Shown here one piece after another: positions 53,783-64,000 of a stretch of DNA of 64,000 nt (the stretch's first letter is position 1; each line of letters starts with the position of its first letter). Below the pieces are notes generated by a model. The model worked only from the letters and a program-made list of their open reading frames with translations. It ran no database searches and was not told the origin of the DNA. The stretch covers positions 299,627 to 363,626 of the forward strand of contig MU619246.1 of the NCBI GenBank assembly GCA_025201805.1, written 5' to 3'. Source of the stretch: Parasitella parasitica NRRL 2501 (lineage: Eukaryota > Fungi > Mucoromycota). The position numbers and the translations under genes are program-made.

Positions 53783-54432
53783 ACTTGCTGTATCAGCAAG
53801 TTTTTCTTGTATATTACTATTTTCTCGCTTGTTATATACATTGCTTTGTTTTCTTTTATAGACTCTATGCATATTGATGGAACAATATCCCTCACACGCT
53901 TGCCCTTGTTTTTTTTTTATTTTTTTTTTTATTCCACATATCGTTATTACGACAGCAATAAAATAGCCATATATCATCATATGTTTTGTTTGTTCAACTT
54001 GAGATTGTGTAGTTGTGAGATTGACAGGAGACATTCAGTCGTGTACAATATGCTGGGTATCATTTATTGGGTTTTGCTGTTTTTAATTTTAAAGGTACCG
54101 TTGTACCAGTGGACCTCTACTCGGCACTTTTTGAAATGAACAATCATGAAACATGAACCAGTTTTTAGTTCATATTTTTATACCGCTCAAAACTATTTGC
54201 CTAGCCTCTGTTATAAATGTAGCATCATTTGTTCTAACCTCAAAGTTAAACAACTTTCAACGTCTGGGTATTAGTAATGAGCCAATGTTTGATCTAGGTT
54301 ATCGTTCAAAAAGAACCAAAGCTGAATATGAGATGACAAAAAAGTAACAATGAACTTTCATCTCAATGGTACAGCGAAAACCCGGGAGTAGGAGAGGAAG
54401 GACGAAGCTAGAATTACATGTTGAAAGTTTAT

Positions 54433-55308
54433 TCACTTGGATGCCGTAATAATCAATACATCATCTTCACCTTTAAAGACATCCAGTAACATTTTGCTCA
54501 TTTGTTTAGGATTCACAGGAATACTGACTTTGCCGTTATGACGAGAGATGGTGAATGTCTCTGGTAAGCCATCCAGCTCCTTTTTGATCTCCTCAATGGC
54601 AGTTTCTATAGTTTGATTTTGCAAAAAGATTGATCCGTGCAGGTTCTCATCTTGACGGGATGACAGATAAACCAGTATCTCTTTCTCCTCCACTGCTGCT
54701 GCTGCTACTGACGAGGACGAGGACGATGTTACGGCACTTTAGATTCCACAAACTCTTTACATTTCCAAATACACATACCTTCTTTTTGTTGCACAGGATT
54801 CTTTAATAATTCAGCAGCTGTTTGCTTTCTCATTATATTTTCAATCTTGTTCTCCGAGAATTCCTCTGGCAGCAGCCAAGTTTTTTCCAAATCTGGATTT
54901 TGCATGTAGGTTGGCACAATAGGAAGAGCTGGCTCAGGTCCCACAGAAACGCTGGACTCATCACCGCCAACAGCACGTAACACGTCAGCAGCAGCGTCGT
55001 GATTCACTGCCAAATCCAAGGCCGTCTGTCCTTTTTTTGTTTTGATGAGTGGATCAGCGCCGCTCCTTAATAAGGTTGTTATAACATGCTCGTGGCCTCT
55101 GTGAGCAGCCCAATGTAATGCCGTCCTTTTTCGGTGAGCAATCAGTGCCTACTTGCATCTTGGTTTCCGAACCCTATACTTACCAACCGTTCATGGCATT
55201 TTGAGAGTTGAGATTCACACCTGAATGAGCTAGCTGAAGCGTCGCTTTGATGTTGCCCAATGCAGCCACTTCTCTAAGAGTTTCTTCTCTTTCATCGCGA
55301 TACTGCAT
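54433..55308 (-). CDS. Ankyrin-repeat protein, ANKRD40-like
   Basis: MQYRDEREETLREVAALGNIK..GVNLNSQNAMNGW/TALHWAAHRGHEHVITTLLRSGAD; LPIVPTYMQNP. Two introns. Confidence 0.8.
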
Positions 55309-55908
55309 TATTTTATTTTTTTCTGAGTGAAATGAAAAGATTCTCTACAAAGGGGGGGGGGAAGGCTTGCCCCCATGGGTTAAAAACCAAGTCTACTCCG
55401 AAACGTTGTCCTGATTAGACCTATCATCGGTCACAAAGACTGTTACGGAAAACGACTTTGTATTGTTACATTCAATAGCCTAAACAATAGCATTCCGGGA
55501 AGCGAGACTCGCTTGGAGATTTACATGCAAAAAAAAAAAAAAAGAAAAAAAGAAAAATCATACGATTGTATATCAATGCCCTGTTATTCAAAAAGTAGGC
55601 AAGCACATTCTTGTTCTTTCCATGTATTACAGCATGTATTTTGAAAGGTCAGTGTTCAAATGTTATTCAGCGTATCTCTTTGGATCTCGATGTACAAACG
55701 CACCAAATTAAGAAGGTGAGCTGATTTTTTTTTTTTCATGTAGCTACAAAACTTCATGTAAACTTGCTTGTACCACAAAAGTACATTGGAAATGGCAATT
55801 TCAATAATAAAGGTTGAAAGTTCTCCTTAAAAAAAAATGATATTTTAGTGATCAAGTAACATCTTTTTTTCGCTGTTCCTTCCTCTCTACATACATAATC
55901 ATACCACC

Positions 55909-58200
55909 ATGCCGAAAACCGATACAAGCTTATCCACATATACGTCCATGATGAGAGTGACAACCAAAGGGAGGCCGTATACAAAAGTAATTTACAAATA
56001 GAATTTTCTGCCATCATTTTGAAAAAAAAAAAGCTTAACGGACATTTAGGATTTATACGACATGTTTGCTGCAGTGCTACTGCAAATAAACTTGAAGGAT
56101 CATAGAATCATGTTTCGCACATACCCTTACACCTTTACCACTGATGAAGCTGCCAAAGTAATGGCATCATTGGTATTCACCCATGTCCATCGCAACCCTG
56201 ATCCAGCCAATCCAGCTCGCCAAATTGCCACCAGAACGACCACCACCTTTAGCATGGACTACAGCACAGCCAAGAATCTGCTTCAGCATTTCCTATCTGC
56301 GCGATTGATTGTCAGTGCCGCTGATCCTACGAATTGGAGCGTGCGAGACAAGGGCCTTTGGTGTCCCACCTTGAAGGGGAAATATGTCATGGAGGAATTC
56401 ACAGACTCCACTCAAGTAGAAATGACAGATACGTTGATTGCGGCTCTCAATGCTCCATATATGTCACCTGGAACGTCTGGAAGTACTGGAAGTCGAATCA
56501 TCACTCTGGATCGTTTGCTGGACAACGATGACCAAATCACTTTTTCCAGGCCCAATATGACGGCTGCTTTCAGGGCCATGATGGCAAGCCTTCCCCGGGA
56601 TGCCCTATTGATTGACGATATCAGCGGTATCGAAAAGAGGAGCCTTCCTATCTTCCAGTATACTTTTGTAGGCTTGCATTGTGTTGAATGGTTAACCGAG
56701 AGACTAACTGTAACGTCGATTGAAGAAGCTGAGAGCGTTGCTGCTGAATTTGTCTTGTTTGGTTGGGTTGCTCAAGTCCTGGATAAATCTGACAAGGCAC
56801 ACAATGCCAAAGACGACAGCATGGCTTTCCGAACTGCTCGCAATGCTATCTACTATGTTACCGAAAGAGGTTGCCTAGTTACCGGTTGGAAATCACCCCT
56901 CGCTGAAGAGGCAGCGCAGGCTGGTAACCAGAGCAGCAGTAGCGGTCTCTCACTTGATTCGGATGTAAGCAGCGTCAAGCCTCCAATACATCGCGGAATG
57001 CCCAAACAAACACCACCACCGTCTGCTATAGCAAAGTACGGCTACTATGACCCTATGGAGGACAATTCTGCCGTTGCGGCCACAACAGAGATGGTGCGTC
57101 ATGATTCTGCTACCGGTCTGGTAGAACAAAAAGCGTCTATGGGTCAGAACAACAATTCGGTTGAGACTGTAGTGGACCCCCAGTCTGAGCAACAAAAACA
57201 GCAAAATAGACATTCATTCCATCGTCCACCCAGCATGTCCATAACAGACTCATCAATGTCGCATAATAGCAACGCCTCCAGCACGAGCGCGTACATCAAC
57301 AAAGACAACTCGCAATGGACTCGCTTGACACAAATACTGGAAACGCCCCTGATGCGCATGTATTTCAGGGACTTTTTACGTTCGAATTATAGCGAGGAAA
57401 ACATCAACTTCTGGGTAGACCATAGCAAGCTGCTACAAAACTTGAAGCAAAGCAAAAAGACTGTGCTGGAGCAACTGTCAGAATGCTATTCAATCTACGA
57501 ACTTTATTTAGGACAAAATGCCACGGCCGATGTCAATATTGATCATACATTACACCAGGAGATTATCAAATACGTAACTGCTGTGTTTTTCGTTACGAAT
57601 TCGACAACACCAGTAACAGCAGCAGCAGCAGCAGCAGCAGCAGGAGGAGGAGGTGCTACCGCGGCAAATACCGCAACTGCGACAGCACAACCAACGCCTA
57701 AATATCCCTACTTTATTGCAGGACCCACTAACCATCAAACGCTCGCAACGAATCAGCCTATCAAAGCCAGCAAGGCATCCAGTAGGCTACTATTGATGCC
57801 GCCTGAAGCCGGTAAAACCAATAAACAACGTATCATTACTATCCGTGGCATTCCTCCAGAACGATGTCTGATCAAATTGCTAAAAATGTTTGGCCGAGTC
57901 AATGATCATGTATGTGCTATGATGGCGGAAGACTCTGTTCCAAAGTTTATCAAGACTGAAAAGTACAAGAAATTGGTTGCAAAGCAACAACGCGATGCGT
58001 TGGCATTGGAGACAGACATTGACGAAAGCGACGATGAGAGCGACGATTTTTCGTTTGAGGACAGCGACGAAGACAATCAAGAAAGAAAAAGGATCATGCA
58101 CTTGACAACTGCTTTGTCTGCACAAAGATCTTCGATGGATCACCAAAGACATGAAGGTAATACAAACACTCTGAATGCCTCTATAACTACTACTATTTAA
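55909..58200 (+). CDS. Regulator of G-protein signalling with DEP domains (FlbA/Sst2-like)
   Basis: Exon 1 MPKTD..MMRVTTKGRPYTK, intron, then DLYDMF..LKDHRIMFRTYPYTF; RGS box RLTQILETPLMRMYFRDFLRSNYSEENINFW..MMAEDSVPKF. Confidence 0.9.
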
Positions 58201-58302
58201 GAAAACGCTTATATGATGAATATGCTACTCTCCTTAATTAACGTATATATTGTAATTTTTATTTTCTATTACCTACTATTACTATTTGTGTCACAAAAAT
58301 AC

Positions 58303-58305
<3 letters not shown>

Positions 58306-58334
<29 letters not shown>
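58306..58334 (+). repeat. (CA)n microsatellite
   Basis: About 14 AC units. Confidence 0.9.
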
Positions 58335-58337
<3 letters not shown>

Positions 58338-58719
58338 ACATGCATATGATTGAAAGTTTTAAATAAAAGCATTTTGCTATCATCTCTGTGAATTTTGGTA
58401 ATGTAAAAGCGAATAATACGCTTTAGACGTACAAGCATGCCATGCCATAATACATGAAACCCGTAAGCCAATGAAAGCTCTTACACTACTGTCCAGAAAA
58501 ATTATGAAGCATGGCCGTATTTCTAAACTTTTACGCTGTTGCCGACTTATTAGGTCAGCTATTACTGCTGTTATGATGTGGGATTTAGACCACAACTGAC
58601 TAAATAAAGTTTTCTCTCTCAACTTTTTTTTTTGAAGCATTATGCATGGTAATAACAGAGCTAATAATGATAAAACTGAACTATAACTAACAGGTTTTAT
58701 TATTAAACGTACTTTCTAT

Positions 58720-59300
58720 TTGCTTAGAAGTCATAAGTAAGAAACTAATGAAACACCATATAGCATCAGAGATATCATTGTGAAATCCTTGCTAGGTATG
58801 TATACGCAATTAAAACTAGTATCTGATGCGTTTTACCTTTCTATTACCCAACATTGCGAAGATCTACCATCTGTTTTTGTTGTAATGCAAAGCTTAATTG
58901 ATAGCATGGAGAATTTAATCAAATATAGCGTATCTTTGTATGAAGAATATCAAATTTTACCAATCGTGTTTATTTTTTTCGGTTGCAGGATATTTAAACG
59001 AAGAAGTTAAATCAAAATCCAAGTCGAATGAAGGCGCATTTTTGATGGAAGCATATAGTGAATTTTGGGCTAATCGTTGCTATATAATGTCGTCATCAGA
59101 ATCTGTTCTTGGCTCTATTAATGAATATCCCTTCGATAAGTTGGCTGCGTTGGCTTAAATACTCCTTTATGGATAGAGAAAACAGCTCACGTAGAGACGA
59201 TCCAACTATACGGCCTTTCTTTGATCTTGTCAATGAATGAAAGTAACACTTTTCTGAAAGAAAGAAATCGTCTTACCAACTGAAAATTCTTGATATTAGT
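58720..59300 (+). pseudogene. Frameshifted paralog of the adjacent PD-(D/E)XK-like gene
   Basis: VSDAFY..DLPSVFVVMQ..LIKYSVSLYEEYQILPIVFIF / SEFWANRCYIMS..YPFDKLAAL / DDPTIR aligns by eye with VSNVLY..DLPPVLVEIQ..AIKYCISLKEEYGVQPIMLIF..CDFWAQKCQIIS..TPLNPLVAL..QDPTIQ. Confidence 0.8.
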
Positions 59301-59537
59301 GAATATTTGAGATAATTTTCAAGTAGAATGTGCATGTTGGATTCTTTTCCATCATTATGGAGATATTCTCTCAAGATATTACGAGGAGACTTTAGATTGC
59401 TAACAACAAATGTTTAATGTATTGAACTTTTTTATTATGTAAAAAAATTCATATGAAGCGATGGTAATAACACAATCTTAAAAAGACAAACAATGGATAC
59501 TATAAAAAGGGGTAAATTATGATCATATAATAAAAAA

Positions 59538-60667
59538 CTATTCAGTGCTATCCGCTGCTTTTCGTTTGCGAGACTTCGACTTCTGGTTGTGATAGGCAGA
59601 TTTTAAAGTATGAAAGCTAGCGTAAGTAGAAAAAAAGCCTTCATTTTGTCCATCATTATAACATGCTTCCCATTTCATACGGCCATGGTTATTGACTTTA
59701 TAATTTTCGATGTAATCCAAATTGTTTTTGAGAGCCGTGTCATCGTGGTTGCTTGGAGGTGTGGAGAGGTTTGAGATGTCAGGCGTATCTTCAATTGGTA
59801 TTAAGTCTTTATCCTTTCCAGTAAACTTTCTTTCTTGTCTGAAAAAAAAATTCTCTCCGTCTTTTGCATATTTTTCCACTTTCTCTGCTGACTCCCCTTT
59901 ATCGAGACAAGTCAAGATTTTCTGGAATTGCTGTCTCGCTTTAAAGCACAAATCTTTGATAACTTCTAAATTCTCCTCTTCTACTTGACATTCATCTTCA
60001 AATTTTTCTTTTGCGACTAGATAAATTAATTGAATTGTAGGATCTTGCTTTTTGTCCAAGGATAAGATAATTTGCTTTTGTAGGCTGAGAAAGTGTTCCA
60101 AAGCAACTAATGGATTCAGTGGTGTGTGTAGCAAGTGATTTTCAATTGAGTTTGGCGAAATAATTTGGCATTTTTGAGCCCAAAAGTCGCAAGAGACTTC
60201 GTCAAAATAGGAATTCTTGAAATTGATCAATCTTGATCTAAGTCCTTCATTGGCAAACCCTTTGATGGAAAATATCAACATAATTGGTTGTACTCCATAT
60301 TCTTCTTTCAGAGAGATGCAATATTTAATTGCTTGCGCAATGAAATCTTCGTTCACCTTATTTTGTATCTCCACTAAAACTGGTGGAAGATCTGGATTGG
60401 TGGGGAGGTACAGCACATTGGAAACGGCCTTGTTGGCTCGTTCGCAGCGGCCCAAAGTATATGATGCGCTTGACGCGTGATCCCCAACTACATCTTTAAG
60501 AATTATATCCATCAACCTTTCGTCTTTCAACATTATTGTGCTCATTATGTCTGAGCCAAGGCGGCTATCGCTGGGAAGGGTGAAGAGAGCAAGGTTGTCT
60601 AAAAAGTTGTGGTTAGTTTTATTATTGATTACTGTTCCTACCGTTGCTTACCTGGAATATTGGTCAT
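59538..60667 (-). CDS. PD-(D/E)XK (restriction-endonuclease/Rpn-like) fold protein, repeat-associated
   Basis: Short exon MTNIP, intron, then an open frame with S[N]VLY...PPVLVEIQ...AIKYC; basic C-terminus KSKSRKRK. The fold assignment is from motif resemblance only. Confidence 0.65.
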
Positions 60668-60684
60668 GATGAGTAGAGGAAAAA

Positions 60685-60977
60685 CGGCGAGGGGGGGGCG
60701 AGAAAATCGGCAACAACGTATTATTAATCGGCAATCTCGGCAATCTCGGCAATCCTAAGATTGGACGTCACGAGATTTTATATAACATTTATACCTATCA
60801 CATTGTTATCTGTAGTATTGCCTATTGGCAATGGTAAAAAAAAAAACAATACAAACTCTTACAGTTCTAAAGGGAGTTTGTCTTGATTAAATCGACAACA
60901 ATGGCAACAGCGCATTTGATGAATCGGCAACAGCGGCAACAGCGGCAACATCGGCAACATCGTATTAAATTAGCAGG
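60685..60977. repeat. CGGCAA(C/T) motif array upstream of the PD-(D/E)XK-like gene
   Basis: Eight CGGCAA plus further GGCAA units in two clusters (60707-60753 and 60903-60964). Confidence 0.85.
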
Positions 60978-63042
60978 ATTCTCTATATCCAGTTGCGCAG
61001 TAGAACAGCTAGTCAAAATGTGAATGGTTCAAAAGTGTGCGTGTCTTTGCAAAGCCAGGGACGTAGATTTTAGGTGCTTGATTTTTTTTTTTTTTTTGGT
61101 CTACGCGAACGTCAGTGTGTTAATGTTAGAAAAAAGACAAAGACTGTAAGAAAACAATGTTTAGCAGCCTCAAACACAAAAAAAAAATAGTGAAAATTAA
61201 TGCATTGGACTATAAGGCGCCTTTTGATTACATATTTGCATAGATTAGCCCAAGTTTTTGTACAATTTTGAAGTTGACATCAGATGAAGTTAACGACTTT
61301 TTTGAAAAAGTATTTTTCAAAATCGGAGCGTGAGATCGTCAGGCTAGGTACAGACCTGCAAGTACTACCATTAGAAAGCCACGACGCACGCAATTTAAAT
61401 AAACTAGATTTCAATTGTTTTTCTTTTGAATTGGGTAAGCTATGGCTTCTCAAAGCTAATGCTTTTTTCAAAAAATACCATTTTTCTTTGATAGCGGAGA
61501 TTAAATGAGTCCAAAATTAGGAAGAAAACATTCTTTCAAAAACTCCATTTGGACAATTAGAGAACAAAATTACTTCTTTCAGGCAAAATATCATCTTCAG
61601 ATACTATGCATACCACGGCTGTCAGTCTATGATAATAGCTGTATTTTTGGGCGCTCTACACGATGGTCTTATTTTCATAATCCCCGTATGCTTGTGGAAG
61701 GAAATCTGCCTAAAAACTTCAAAAACAGATTAAGAGAGAAAAGTCAATATTTTGCTTTAATCAGAGCGCATTTCCAATCTTTCAGATCAAGGAATGGTCT
61801 TTTACGATCATTTTCCTCCAATATATGCTATAGTAAAAAGTTGCATTTTTGGGGCCAAAATTGAGGATATTGCATAATCGTTGATTTTGTATGCGTGGAT
61901 ACAAGGAAAAAATTGAAAAAATCCGTCATTTTGCATCGAAAAAAAAATCATGCTCAAATTGCACCAAAATCATATATAATATAGCTTTTAATCAATGGAT
62001 ACTATTTTTTGTGTTTTCAGGGCACTTTTGATTATAAAAATTAATCAAAAAATGGCATAAGAAGCTAAAGTTCTTGCATTTAAGCTTTAAAAAATATCTA
62101 TCTGGAGATGATATCACGTCAATATCAATTCTAGTACATGACACAGCTCTATAAAGTATACTTTATTCATATTAATATGATTAATTAAGTGTGGCCCATC
62201 GAGTTGGGAACAGAAGAGGATAATTAATGAATGCTTTGCCACAATAACCCCTCTTGCTATTTGTGAATAATGTATGAGTTACTAATTGCTAGTGACAGGG
62301 AAGCCCTATTACCATTATTGTTAATAATAATGCTTAATATCAGTTCAAGAATTCCTTTTTTTTGTAATTCTAATGCTAAACATGTAAAATAGAAAATAAA
62401 ATAGAGGTTAGGATGGAGGTTGAGGGTAATTTTACTAACAAAATTTAAGCTTTATAATAAGCTTCTGATAGATTCCAGGTTCCAGGCACTGTACTGTAGA
62501 GTATCAAATTCTGATTAGGATAACTCGCTATAACAAACATATTTTTGTACACCAACCCGTCCGTTATAACTAGTCCCAACTGTATATTCTTTGCTTGATA
62601 TTGTATACGCTGACTTAACTCAAGAGATGTAACATAAAATGATAATGCGAAGTTATAACAATAGAGATTTTCATTTGCACAATTAAAAGAGGAAACAGAA
62701 TGAAACGGTCGCTTTAAACTTGGAGTTAGGGATAAACTGCCATTGTGGAAATGCATAGTTTGACGGGTACGTACAAATTGATGCCTTATTAGTTTATGCA
62801 GCTTGATATTTTAATACTTTGATGGTTTCGTGGTTTATTCGTTTTTTAGGCTTAAGTATCTATGCAGCTCTATAGACTTGTCTAAATATAATGAACTTAT
62901 TTATAGGTCTAATATCTAACTGATATGTCTGAAATAATTTATCAACATTTAAACATTATGAAATTCAAACAATTCTGTATTGTGGCCCGTTAGTGGTTGT
63001 TCAATTTCAAGTATCTGAAGTACATGCCGGTATGTTGATAAT
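60977..63042 (+). repeat. ~2.0-kb dispersed repeat, copy 2
   Basis: Direct-orientation homolog of 18250-20278. Confidence 0.9.
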
Positions 63043-64000
63043 CCTCATTGCTAAAAAGACTATCCACAAAACTTACATCCTCGACGATTGCACCCTTTCT
63101 ATCCCAACTCCATTAATACCTATACATTGATACTTTGCTCACAATCGCAGCTCGAGTATACCTACCGAAGTACGAAATCTTATTTTTATTTTTTCGAGGA
63201 GGAGGAGGCCAATAAGGTTTAGCATAAAACCACAAAATTGGCCCTATAGCTCGTTGAATTCAGCTGGTATAAGACTAGATGTAGATATCGATAGGTGTGC
63301 GAAAGAAAACATGTTGAATGAGTATACTACTTACGAACTTGAATATGCTTAATTTTTGAAATTTGGTACTTGCTATATGCCTACGTTATACATCAGTAGT
63401 AGAATGATATTCTTGACAACGTCTTGTTGCCGTAAACAAGATATTTATCGAGTTATTACCATTTTATCACACCGTGGTAAAAAAAGATTCGATGGTGATC
63501 GATAGATCGACTACTATACACACTCCGCTTTATATTGTTTCTTGCATCTACTTATCTATGGTTGATCGTGGAAAGTTTCGCTAACGCATGCAACAAGTAT
63601 GGTAAGCAATCCAGCAAAACAATCATTGGTGGTAAATAAAATTTCGACCACTTTCTGATCACCATGAACGAAAATTAATGCAAGGAAAGGAAGCCTTCCA
63701 GAATCGAAGCTTTCACGTTGTCGTGTTTGGCGACACTTTTGAATTTCCGGTTCGTTTTTCTGCTTTTATGTACAATAGAGTAATCACTTTTTTTTTTTTT
63801 TGTTGCTGTAATAAATTATTTTTGTCTCTACAGTAGTAGAGGAATATATATATTATATTATCGGGATGAGAAAGAAAAGTTTTGTGCTTTGTAAAACGTC
63901 AGGGATCTTGTGTTTTCGATTCATGTGTATAGGGACAAGCGCGAAAGAAGAGAAGAGTAAGGATAATTGATTCAATAATACTAGGAACAAGTATAGTTGA

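Noticed and set aside
20279-60976. Giant composite transposon or Starship between the 2-kb direct repeats
   Set aside because: The enclosed genes are ordinary core genes (HSF, GLT1, RGS), with no tyrosine recombinase or intact transposase and no TSD seen.
63685-63716. Heat-shock-element-like GAA/TTC cluster
   Set aside because: Only two correctly spaced nGAAn units, and the downstream gene is outside the window.

Overview
Eukaryotic, AT-rich, intron-containing fungal DNA. The short GT-AG introns, gene content and repeat families suggest Mucorales (Mucor/Parasitella/Rhizopus-like); this is an inference. Host genes, in order: a C2H2 transcription factor (5'-truncated), then a very compact block of NOSIP, CWF19L2, NEO1 flippase, UBE3B-like HECT ligase and VPS2. 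These are followed by an AT-hook/SWIM/RING protein, a self-sufficient P450-reductase fusion, heat-shock factor, NADH-glutamate synthase (GLT1), a ZNFX1-like helicase/RZ-finger protein, an LRRC58-like LRR protein, an ANKRD40-like protein and a FlbA/Sst2-like RGS protein. Two repeat-rich islands lie at about 16.4-24.9 kb and 58.4-64 kb. They hold hAT and Tc1/IS630 remnants, a ~2-kb direct repeat present in both islands, a ~0.9-kb-arm inverted duplication of a C2H2 gene around an assembly gap, and a tail-to-tail pair of PD-(D/E)XK-like genes bounded by a shared inverted motif. Strongest leads: (1) a putative PD-(D/E)XK-nuclease mobile element, (2) a KHA/ubiquitin-like domain fused in front of the P450-reductase, (3) a ZNFX1-like protein with eroded helicase motifs but an intact RZ finger, and (4) a structured long intron beside a 32-nt Fe-S micro-exon in GLT1. 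Exon boundaries were read by eye and no searches were run.
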